Origin: an uncultured Ignavibacteria bacterium
GTDB taxonomy: Bacteria; Zixibacteria; MSB-5A5; WJJR01
NCBI GenBank assembly: GCA_964593585.1
Contig: CAZQIZ010000001.1
Coordinates: forward strand, 64,528-128,527
Length of the DNA: 64,000 nt
Reading direction: 5' to 3'
Position 1 is the first letter of the stretch. Every line of letters starts with the position of its first letter. The translations under genes and the position numbers were made by a program. A model generated the notes under the pieces. That model saw only the letters and a program-made list of their open reading frames with translations, was not told the DNA's origin and searched no databases. Shown here piece by piece: positions 39,001-48,913 of the stretch.

Positions 39001-40688
39001 GACGGGGTCCCGAATGCCAGTCCAGTGGCGGTGCAGTTGATCGTGGTGTCGCTGGGGCAGAAGACCACCGTCGGGTCCTCGTTGTCATCGACGCTCACGA
39101 CGTAGGTGCACGTGTCCGCGCAACCCAGCGACGGCTCGGAGACAATCAATTGCAACGTGAAGTTCGCGCCGCATGTGCTGCCGGCGTTCACGCTGACCGA
39201 CGATCCGGTGCTCGAGCCGGAAATGCTGCCATTGCCCGAAATCGACCACTGGTAGCTGTAATTGCCGGCCGGTCCGTTGTAACTGTGACCGGTCGAGGAG
39301 GGGCAGAGTTCCAGCGGTCCCTGGATGCCGCAGTTCGGCTTCGGAACAACGACCAGGATCGCGGTGCAGGTCGACTCTGTGCCTTCGGCATCGGTGATCG
39401 TCACGGTGTAGGTGCCGGCGTCGCCGGGCACGGCGTTAGTGATCGAAATACAGGAGTCCGTGCCGCAGGGGCAACCCGGGCCGGACCAGGAGTAAGTATA
39501 GGGCCCCGCGCCGCCGCTCACGTCGACGCAGAAGGTCGCGTTGCTGCCCTCGCAGATCATCAGACTGTCGGGGCTCATGCTGCAAATGAGCGGCGGAGTG
39601 CAGACCGTGGCCGCCGACAGCGAACGGTCGGTGTTGCCCAGGTTCGGTGTCGGGCAATCGGCCTCGGCAAACCCTTCCCAGTCGATCAGGCGCATGTGAT
39701 AGGGGGAACCGCTGATGCCGCCGGCCGAACGCACCACCGCGCCCAGCGAGGCGCACGGAACCGTGTTTCCGTTGGCATCTCTGCAACCCCAATCTTCACG
39801 GCTGGCGATGTGGCCGCCCCAGGCCAGCACCACATTCTCGCCGGCTGGATCGATGACCACCACCATCCGCGCTTCGGACTGGGCGGCGGTCAAGACACCC
39901 TCTTCGCCTTCCACGCACTTGTTACCGTTGCCGGTGCCGAGGGGATAGTCGGCGTAGTACATGTTGACGATCGTGCCGCCCCAGATGCGCATCTCGCGCT
40001 CCACCGCCGGCAGCGCCGCGCAAGCCGACTGCGGCTGAATGCCGTTGGGCAGATCGCCGTAGGGGTCATCGCATTGCGGGCAGGGAATGGTGTACGCGTG
40101 CGTCCAATCGTTGATCGCCCCGCCGGCCAACGCGGTGCCGTAGGTCGGGTCCGGGAAGTAGGGGTCCACGTTGTGATTGCCGGTGTAATGGCACGCCGAC
40201 CCCGGAATGTGCAAGCGGTTATAGCTGGTCAGAAAATCGATCGCGTGGGCGCCGCTGTGCTTGATGTCGTAACCGAGCACAATACGGATCGTGTCGCTGC
40301 CCGTATAGCAGTCGGTCGGAATGTTCTCGATCCGGGCGCGATACGGGATGGACCAGCCCTCTTCGAGGTGGCCCTGTTGCTCGCCCACGTTGCCGTTCTG
40401 CCAGTTCGGCGAGCCGTCGGTCTCGTCCGGCGCGTCGGCCGAACCGTTGCGGAGCTGGTCCAAGTCGATCTTCATCGGCGCGGCGATCGCATCCGGCGAC
40501 ATGATCGTCATCGTCGTCGCCGGCTCCAACTGCGCCTCAACCTGCGCCGCGGCCAGACCGGGCACCAGCATGATGGCCAAGACCAGCCACAGCCAGCCCG
40601 GCCGGGTACAACCACTTTTAGTTCGCATTGTCCTCCTCCTTAGGGGGGTAAGTACTGCGTTGATCAGATTACAAATCAGTTTTTCCAA
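36072..40688 (-). CDS. Giant (1538 aa) T9SS-secreted surface protein, paralogue of 30168..35525, with the same N-domain / HYR-like repeat / C-domain / T9SS CTD architecture.
   Basis: The N-terminal 'DLDQLRNGSADAPDETDGSPNWQNGNVGEQQGHLEEGWSIPYRA' and C-terminal 'GKFRNILLGQTITLALN...LDQNYPNPFNAATVISYSL...GIYFYRLQIGGQVQTRKMVLLK' are collinear with the paralogue. Repeats 'SYTRTWVATDACGNADTCS'. Confidence 0.8.
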   Translation of the reverse strand: MEKLICNLINAVLTPLRRRTMRTKSGCTRPGWLWLVLAIMLVPGLAAAQVEAQLEPATTMTIMSPDAIAAPMKIDLDQLRNGSADAPDETDGSPNWQNGNVGEQQGHLEEGWSIPYRARIENIPTDCYTGSDTIRIVLGYDIKHSGAHAIDFLTSYNRLHIPGSACHYTGNHNVDPYFPDPTYGTALAGGAINDWTHAYTIPCPQCDDPYGDLPNGIQPQSACAALPAVEREMRIWGGTIVNMYYADYPLGTGNGNKCVEGEEGVLTAAQSEARMVVVIDPAGENVVLAWGGHIASREDWGCRDANGNTVPCASLGAVVRSAGGISGSPYHMRLIDWEGFAEADCPTPNLGNTDRSLSAATVCTPPLICSMSPDSLMICEGSNATFCVDVSGGAGPYTYSWSGPGCPCGTDSCISITNAVPGDAGTYTVTITDAEGTESTCTAILVVVPKPNCGIQGPLELCPSSTGHSYNGPAGNYSYQWSISGNGSISGSSTGSSVSVNAGSTCGANFTLQLIVSEPSLGCADTCTYVVSVDDNEDPTVVFCPSDTTINCTATGLAFGTPSFDDNCDNALTVTVAQDTVPGDCPAEKTVTRTWTATDDCGNFVTCDQSIRIQDNTPPVITCPDNQTIDCAAAVNFGQPSATDDCSQVTISVLSTIATPGACPAESSYTRTWVATDACGNADTCSQTITKQDNTPPVITCAADTVIDCAADLNFGRPSATDNCSDVTISILSTIATPGACAAESSYTRTWVATDACGNADTCSRTITKQDITAPVLSCPADTTIDCAAVLAFGEPFATDDCSEVTIRILSTIAAPGACAAESSYTRTWEAMDACGNADTCSQTVTRQDTTDPICSAPNDTTIAQCDPARVCLPVSASDNCDPSVSCVITAGPGTLSNGQWCYTPTGDETVNVTVVCTDDCGNTCESSFAVTFEINEGPTCQFGELAPPGPCPPFLYTFQMTTTDPDGDSVVCVNTNPNVSFVDGVWSYTAGSGETIVDTIICADVPCGEACTSYVFINTPNPQPPICHAPNDTTIYLCESTEICLPLFAEFGSCSITFGPGTHVDSFWCYTPEVSDTVTVGIECVGICDTCRDSFTVAFIINEPPAIDCPDDSLVVAAGDSVTLDIPITDGDDSTLAVTIIGVTLDGVPTTPANEPSIDSAGHFEWQADDQAGVWCFTIEAADECVADTCTFCVEVTQEEEFCSLTQGAYGNAEGKFNGVVRTDLIFNLLSSPLVIGKPGRSVTFDQTDYMCIIERLPAGGPADTFVTALGNAAINSATCQTPTPLPVDKKGKFRNILLGQTITLALNTRLDAELGTFGLCPVFVTHDALPGSDGLMGTDDDVLNPGPDNTLGTFDDPVAIFYIPQSVLDALDALGLPQTVAGLLELANRALAAWPTGGASLSTINYAVDAINRGFDECRFVVFCGETLPAVAASTTGSLAKAVPSEYTLDQNYPNPFNAATVISYSLAHDGQVDLAVYNVLGQRVATLVSDFQAPGTYRVTWTGADDNGNTIASGIYFYRLQIGGQVQTRKMVLLK

Positions 40689-41082
40689 AGTTGGTGATCA
40701 CGGCCGATTTTTCTGTTCAGGACGCGGCGCTCGTGTCGGCCGGGCGTCGATCTCCACCGCCCGGTGTGGGTGCGCGCTCACAACGACAGAGCACACGATC
40801 ACCACCAGATCACGTGCTTTGTCTGTCAGAGACGGCTGTTATCCTGTTCGACAAACTGCTGGTACAACGAGGCAAGCCGTGCGCGATGTCTATCGTGTAT
40901 GTAAGTGGCCCCCTTGACAGCACTTCAGACTGTCTGCTATAGCACAACGCTAACGCCGACAGCCGTGCGATGTCAAATTAAATCGGTATTGATTTGCGAG
41001 TTGGTGCCGGGGATGTTAGGCCATCAAGTTAGAGGAAGTGCATAACGCGCTGTCGTACAATGTGATGCAAGATGCCGCCTGG

Positions 41083-42117
41083 TCAGCCAGTGCGGCTCCC
41101 CGGGGTAATCCCTTGATCGGAGATGATCGCTGTCACCAATTCGGTCGGTGTCAGATCGAAAGCGGGCGAGTAGATCTTCGCGCCGGGAGGCGCCAACCGC
41201 ACCGGACCGACATCGCTCACCTCGGCCGTTGATCGCTCCTCGATCGGGATGTACCGACCGTTCGGCAGTGTGGGATCGAAGGTGGATGTGGGGGCAGCCA
41301 CATAGAACGGAACCCCATGATGGGCCGCGAGCACCGCCAGATTGTAGGTGCCGATCTTGTTGACCACATCCCCGTTGGCGGCGATCCGGTCGGCCCCGAC
41401 GATCACCGCGTCGATCCGTCTCTTGGCAAACAGCGAGGCCGCCGTATTGTCGGTGATCAACGTGCAGGGCACTCCCTGCTGCATCAATTCCCACATTGTC
41501 AGCCGCGCACCTTGCCAGACCGGACGCGTTTCATCGGCGAAGACATGCAAGCGCACTCCCCGCGCATGGGCGCAGTAGATCGGCGCGAGCGCGGTGCCGA
41601 TGCCCGACGTCGCCAGCGCTCCGGCGTTGCAATGTGTCAGGATGTTCATGCCGTCGCGAAGAAGCGGGAGACCATACTCGCCGATCTTGCGGCACATCGA
41701 CTGGTCTTCGGTGTGAATGGCGGCGGCTTCCTGTTCTAGGGCGGCTCTCAGTCCGGCCGCGTCGGACACGTCGGCGTCCCCCGCGGCGCGCATCATCCGG
41801 TCGACCGCCCACATCAAGTTCACCGCAGTTGGCCGCGCCGCCTTCAGTCGGCGCGCATCCTCGTCCAACTGCGCCCGAACGCGCTCCAGCGATGCGGCGG
41901 CGTCGCTGATCGACAGGACCATGCCGTAGGCCGCCGCCACGCCGATCGCCGGCGCGCCGCGCACCGTCAGATTACGGATCGCCTCGAAGACATCCATGAC
42001 GCCGGTGCATGTCACCGTCGTCACCCGCGTCGGCAGCGCGCGCTGATCGAGCAATTCCAGCGCGCCGTCGCGCCAGGCCAGCGTCTGAAACGTCATCTGG
42101 ACTTCGGGATTGGCCAT
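41083..42117 (-). CDS. mtnA: S-methyl-5-thioribose-1-phosphate isomerase (eIF-2B alpha/beta/delta-like).
   Basis: 'LAWRDGALELLDQRALP', 'RGAPAIGVAAAYGM', 'TAVNL' and 'THCNAGALAT' blocks typical of MtnA. The start could be 42117 or 42096. Confidence 0.8.
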   Translation of the reverse strand: MANPEVQMTFQTLAWRDGALELLDQRALPTRVTTVTCTGVMDVFEAIRNLTVRGAPAIGVAAAYGMVLSISDAAASLERVRAQLDEDARRLKAARPTAVNLMWAVDRMMRAAGDADVSDAAGLRAALEQEAAAIHTEDQSMCRKIGEYGLPLLRDGMNILTHCNAGALATSGIGTALAPIYCAHARGVRLHVFADETRPVWQGARLTMWELMQQGVPCTLITDNTAASLFAKRRIDAVIVGADRIAANGDVVNKIGTYNLAVLAAHHGVPFYVAAPTSTFDPTLPNGRYIPIEERSTAEVSDVGPVRLAPPGAKIYSPAFDLTPTELVTAIISDQGITPGSRTG

Positions 42118-42229
42118 CGATTCAAGTATCCGCAATTCTCCGCGCGGGGGAAAGTCAATCTTGCCGCGGCGCCGCCAGCGCAAAAAAAGGGCGGCCATAG
42201 CCGCCCTCGTTGATCACTGCTCGGCGCGC

Positions 42230-43011
42230 TCAATCCCCGCCGGCCGCCACCTTGGGCTCGGGCCCGAGGCAGGCGCGACGCAACGCGGTGCGATAGTCGC
42301 GGTTCATCTCCGCGATCACCCGCACCGAAATCTCCTTCGGGCAGACCGCTTCGCACTCAAACGTGTTCGTGCAGGAGCCGAACCCTTCCTTGTCCATCTG
42401 CTCGACCATCTTGATCACCCGGATGTCGCGTTCGGGCTGCCCCTGCGGCAGATGCGCCAATTGGGAGATCTTGGCGGCGGTGAAAAGCGAGGCCGACGCG
42501 TTCTTGCAGGCGGCCACGCAGGCGCCGCATCCGATGCAGGCGGCGGCGTCCATCGCCAGGTCGGCTTCCTTCTTCGGAATCGGGATCGCGTTGCCGTCGG
42601 GCGCGTTGCCGGTGCTGACCGAGACATAACCGCCCGCCTGAATGATGCGGTCCAGCGCCGAGCGGTCGACGATCAGGTCGCGCAGGACCGGAAAGGCTTT
42701 GGCCCGCCACGGCTCGATGCGGATCACGTCCCCGTCCTTGAACCGTCGCATGTGCAACTGACAGACGGTCGTGCCGCGGTCGCCGCCGTGCGGCACGCCG
42801 TTGATCACCAGCGAACAGGTCCCGCAGATGCCTTCACGGCAATCGTGATCAAAGGCAATCGGGTCCTCACCCTTGGTGATCAGGCCTTCGTTGACGACAT
42901 CCAGCATCTCAAGAAAGGACATGTCCTTGCTGATGCCCTCGGCCTGATAAGTGACGAACCCGCCCTTGTCCTTGGCGGACTTCTGCCGCCAGACATGCAG
43001 TGTAAGCTTCA

Positions 43012-43015
<4 letters not shown>
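42230..43015 (-). CDS. sdhB: Succinate dehydrogenase / fumarate reductase iron-sulfur subunit.
   Basis: 2Fe-2S 'CREGICGTC', 4Fe-4S '[11 protein letters not shown]' and 3Fe-4S '[12 protein letters not shown]' cysteine clusters. Confidence 0.9.
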
Positions 43016-44928
<1,913 letters not shown>

Positions 44929-44942
44929 AGATCACTCCTGCC

Positions 44943-45602
44943 TCAGCGGACCACGCCGAGGAGAATCGAAATCGGAATCGAGATGTACCCCAACACGAGA
45001 ATGATCGTAATGACCGTCGCCGCCTTCTCGATCTTCGGCAGCGTGCGCGTGCTCGCCCAGCCGGCGGTCTGGAAAACGCTGGCGATGCCGTGCGACAAAT
45101 GGAACCCCAGCAGGATCATGGCGACGACATACGAGACGCTGATGAGCGGATTGGAGAACCCGGCGACCACCATGGCGTGGATGTCGGGATGCCCGCCCGT
45201 ATCCAGCATCGTCTGGTACTGAGGATTGGTGATTTTCCAGGTGTAGTGGGCCAGATGGTAAACGACAAACGCGAGCAACATGAGACCGGAGTAGACCATC
45301 GTGCGCGAGGCCAGTGTGGCGCGCACCGCCCGCTTCTGGGCGTAGTCGATTGGACGGGCGGCGTTGTTCAACAGGGTGAGACGGATGGTGACCACGATAT
45401 GTAAGATCGCGGTCATGGCGATCACCGCCCGCACCAGCCACAGCAGGGCCGGGAACATCCGCAACTTCTCGCCATAGGCGTTGAAGACCTCCGGTCCGAG
45501 GAAGACTTGGAGGTTGCCGATCATGTGCCCGACAACGAACAACAGCAGGATGACGCCGGTGAGGGCGACGATGATCTTCAGACTAACGGTCGAATTCCAC
45601 AT
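44943..45602 (-). CDS. sdhC: Succinate dehydrogenase / fumarate reductase cytochrome b subunit (5-TM, b558-type).
   Basis: 219 aa, five hydrophobic helices with conserved His residues. First gene of a frdCAB-ordered operon. Confidence 0.7.
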   Translation of the reverse strand: MWNSTVSLKIIVALTGVILLLFVVGHMIGNLQVFLGPEVFNAYGEKLRMFPALLWLVRAVIAMTAILHIVVTIRLTLLNNAARPIDYAQKRAVRATLASRTMVYSGLMLLAFVVYHLAHYTWKITNPQYQTMLDTGGHPDIHAMVVAGFSNPLISVSYVVAMILLGFHLSHGIASVFQTAGWASTRTLPKIEKAATVITIILVLGYISIPISILLGVVR

Positions 45603-45795
45603 ACAGGGATCCCGCGGGCGCCGGAGGCGCCGGTTGGCGCATTTGCGAGCAAATCAGGCTGCATTCGGTTGAAGGCGGTTTCTGACATGGGCTTAAACCA
45701 CCCCGACGGGGCGGGAGATCGAGGATATTGACACCCCCGTTTCCGTACAAGGGGTTTTTGCCCCGCTATGGCAATTTCGCCGCCTCCAATGACAC

Positions 45796-45823
45796 GGCCG
45801 CCGGACCCGCGGGTCCGGCGGCC
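45796..45823. terminator. Perfect palindromic hairpin downstream of the RHH gene.
   Basis: ggccgccggaccc-gc-gggtccggcggcc. Confidence 0.35.
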
Positions 45824-45842
45824 GCATCGGTTGGGAGCCCGG

Positions 45843-46229
45843 CTAACTGCGTCCGGTCTTGAGGATGTTGGTCACCAATTGCTTTTTGATTTGCGAGCGT
45901 TTAGTGCCCTTCGCGATCCCCGATGGGAAGCGCGCGCCGACGTTGTCGAGAAAGGAGTCGACCTCGCGTTCGATCGCGCTCTTGGCCAGTTCGGGATGGG
46001 TGCGAAAGATCACGGTGTGCAGCGCCCGGCGGATCACGCTGGCGACCGAGGTGCCGTCCTTGCGCGCCATCTTGCGCAGAATCGACAGTTCATCGGGATT
46101 GAGGATCAGCGAAAACGGCTGCTTCAGGCCGGCGGCTTTGCGTCCGCGGCGTGTCACGCGACGCCGCGGCCGTCCCGCTGCGGTTCGCGCGCCCGCCTCC
46201 ATACTGCGTTTAGCGGTCTTGGGTGACAT
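45843..46229 (-). CDS. Small basic protein with a ribbon-helix-helix (CopG-like) DNA-binding motif. Function unknown.
   Basis: 'LSILRKMARKDGTSVASVIRRAL' resembles an RHH beta-strand/helix. Arg/Lys-rich N-terminus. Standalone monocistronic gene followed by a hairpin. Confidence 0.4.
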   Translation of the reverse strand: MSPKTAKRSMEAGARTAAGRPRRRVTRRGRKAAGLKQPFSLILNPDELSILRKMARKDGTSVASVIRRALHTVIFRTHPELAKSAIEREVDSFLDNVGARFPSGIAKGTKRSQIKKQLVTNILKTGRS

Positions 46230-46461
46230 CCTGATTCCTTGGATTGGGGTTGATGAATCGGACCTGTTAACTGACGGAACTCATATAATCACAGTGGAAG
46301 TCGCGCCGTCAATCGAAATCGACACAATTCAGCTCACATGCGACCAATGCGGCAGCAAGCCCCTGCCGGATCATAGTTGCACGACGCAGACTCCCGTCGC
46401 ACAAACACGGCACCCATATTGCTTTACTTGTTGATGGGGCGATTAGTTCCCCGGCCACGGA

Positions 46462-48804
46462 TCACGGTTTGGCGACGATCCGCTCCTCAGCGAGAATTGT
46501 GTAGTAGTCGTTAAAGCGAATGTCGCGCGGGCGTTCCGCCATTCCACTGAAACTAAACTCGGTACGCGGTCCGGTTACTTCGAGCAGGCGCGTGCGCTGG
46601 CCTTCCTCGTAGACGATCGTGATCGGCATGAAGGCGCGAAAGGCGGAATCGACGCCGAGTTGGTCGACGCGCACCCGCGCGGTCCATGTCCCATCGTCGG
46701 CGCGCTCCCGCTCCCAGGAGTACTCATAGCGGGGAATCTGCGTGCCATAGACCCACTGGTCGAAGAACCACTGCATGTCCGCGCCGACATGCCGTTCCAC
46801 CACCGCTTGAAAGTCCTGCGTCGATGCATCGCGATGGGCAAACGACGACACATAGTCGCGCATCATCGCCAGGAAGCGCTCGTCGGAGCCGCGCTCGTAA
46901 TCGTACATCATATTGCGCAGCATGTGCAGCACATAGGCACCCTTGGAATACACCAGCTTGCTGTAGGAACCTGGCGAGCGCATGGACGAGCAGCGGGTCC
47001 CCAGCCAGATCGGCGCCGCAGAGGGCCCCTCATGCCAAAACTCATGGCCCCCGACCTGCAGGATATTATCGCGCCAGTCCTTCAGGAGATCATAAAACAC
47101 CCTGGTGCCGGGATTGCGCGCCTGCACATACATCGCCCCGGCGTACTCGGCAAATCCCTCCGACAGCCACTGGTCATGATACGTGGACCAGCCCACTAGA
47201 TGGCCGAACCACTGATGCGCCACCTCATGGGCACGGAACGCGTCGGTGATCCCCTTGCGGCTGGTCTCAAACGAGTACCAGGCCAAATGCAACAGTTGCG
47301 GGAACCCTTGGCCGTGGATCGCCGGAATCTCGGTGGCGGCCAGATGCGGCCAGGGATAGGGCCCGAACGAGCGGCTGAACAGGCGGACGGCCCCCTCGAT
47401 GTCCGCCGCCACTGCTTTCTTGATATCGCCGGCGAACAGGCCGGTGGGATGATTGCGGCTGCGGTAGATGTCCAGACGTGTCCCTTCCAGCATCGTGGAC
47501 GTGAGAACATCGAAACTGCCGTAGTTTAATGAGACAAAGCAGGAGGGGTTGTATGTCCGCCAGACCTTTGTCCGCCAGTCGCCGTGCACACTGTCCGACA
47601 ACAGTTCCCCCGACGAGACCAATTCATAATGTTTGGGGAAGGTGAACGCGGTGCGATAGCTCGCGCGTTCCAGCGGCCGTCCAACCGGCACCCAGCGGGT
47701 GGTGTACCGGATGGCAAAGTCCCCCCACGGATACTTGTTCAGCAGTTGGTCGCCGCGGTAGAAGAAACGCAGGTCGGTGGTATCGCCGCGGCGCAGCGGC
47801 GCGGGGATGCGCAACACCAGCCAGCCCGCCTTGTCATTGTAGATAAATGGGAGAGGGTGCCCGTCGAGGAGAATCGAGTCGACATCCAGTCGCGGCGCGA
47901 GCGTCACCGCCATGTCGCCCAGCCGGTCGCGGCGCGGTACGGCGCGCGCGGTGACATCGAGTTCGACCTTGGCCGACGGTCTGATGAGCACACGGGAATC
48001 GTACTCGACGATCGCAAATCCGCCGTTGACCAGCGCGGCGCGCGCGTCGGATTCGTCGGGCCGACGGCGACGGTCATAGGAGCAGACCAGATCGAATGCT
48101 CCCTGGTCCGGCGTGCCTTGCGGCCGACGCAACAGGTTGATGGCTTCCTCGTTTTCCTCATCCAGGATGAAGTGCAGCTGACGCTGGTCGGCCAGATCGG
48201 CCGCCAGATAGAGGAAGGTGTTCGGCGCCGGATCGCGTAGCAGCATCCGCCACCCTTGCGCCGCCAGACTCGTGGCCAAATCGTCGTTGGCGGTCTCCTC
48301 CCACTGACGCACCGCGCCGGCGCGCGGCAGACGCGGTTCCGGCACCAGTGTATCGAGACAGGCCCACAACCCCGCCGCCGTCAGCGAATCGAAGAAGCGG
48401 GCATACAGGCGCGTAAATGACGACTCGAGGATGCTGTCGCCGCAGAAACGGGCCAGTTGCCCGCGCTCAATCGCGGTCGGTGGTTGATAGCGCAGCCGGC
48501 CCTTGCCGGTGAAGTAGCATCCGGTGGGACGCCCTCCGACCGTCTGCAACAGATGGATGGTCCCCGACTCAAAGGTCCAAGTCCCCAAATCGCCGGCCCA
48601 AACGGCCCCGGCACGGACCATGTACACCCGCCCCGGATCGATTGTCGGACGATCCAGTGAGTCGTAGACTGCCTGATCCCAGCCAGCGATCCGGGTGATT
48701 GTCTTGGCCGATAGATCATCGGTCGCCCACAGACTGATTGCGAGGATGATGAGCCATCCGATCCAACAGCGTCGGCGCCTCCTGATGGTCTGCGTCCCAG
48801 GCAT
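46462..48804 (-). CDS. M1-family zinc aminopeptidase (aminopeptidase N-like), secreted or membrane-anchored.
   Basis: Zinc motif 'HEVAHQWFGHLVGWSTYHDQWLSEGFAEY' (HEXXH-X18-E). N-terminal hydrophobic 'WIGWLIILAISLWA'. Start placed at the ATG at 48804. Confidence 0.8.
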   Translation of the reverse strand: MPGTQTIRRRRRCWIGWLIILAISLWATDDLSAKTITRIAGWDQAVYDSLDRPTIDPGRVYMVRAGAVWAGDLGTWTFESGTIHLLQTVGGRPTGCYFTGKGRLRYQPPTAIERGQLARFCGDSILESSFTRLYARFFDSLTAAGLWACLDTLVPEPRLPRAGAVRQWEETANDDLATSLAAQGWRMLLRDPAPNTFLYLAADLADQRQLHFILDEENEEAINLLRRPQGTPDQGAFDLVCSYDRRRRPDESDARAALVNGGFAIVEYDSRVLIRPSAKVELDVTARAVPRRDRLGDMAVTLAPRLDVDSILLDGHPLPFIYNDKAGWLVLRIPAPLRRGDTTDLRFFYRGDQLLNKYPWGDFAIRYTTRWVPVGRPLERASYRTAFTFPKHYELVSSGELLSDSVHGDWRTKVWRTYNPSCFVSLNYGSFDVLTSTMLEGTRLDIYRSRNHPTGLFAGDIKKAVAADIEGAVRLFSRSFGPYPWPHLAATEIPAIHGQGFPQLLHLAWYSFETSRKGITDAFRAHEVAHQWFGHLVGWSTYHDQWLSEGFAEYAGAMYVQARNPGTRVFYDLLKDWRDNILQVGGHEFWHEGPSAAPIWLGTRCSSMRSPGSYSKLVYSKGAYVLHMLRNMMYDYERGSDERFLAMMRDYVSSFAHRDASTQDFQAVVERHVGADMQWFFDQWVYGTQIPRYEYSWERERADDGTWTARVRVDQLGVDSAFRAFMPITIVYEEGQRTRLLEVTGPRTEFSFSGMAERPRDIRFNDYYTILAEERIVAKP

Positions 48805-48913
48805 CGGGGTGGAAGATAGACGATGGTGGCGGATCCGCCAATGGAATCCGGCTGCCCAAAATGCGAAACGCGCCGCGAGGGCGGCGCGTTCCACAAGTCA
48901 TAAGCGGCAGACC

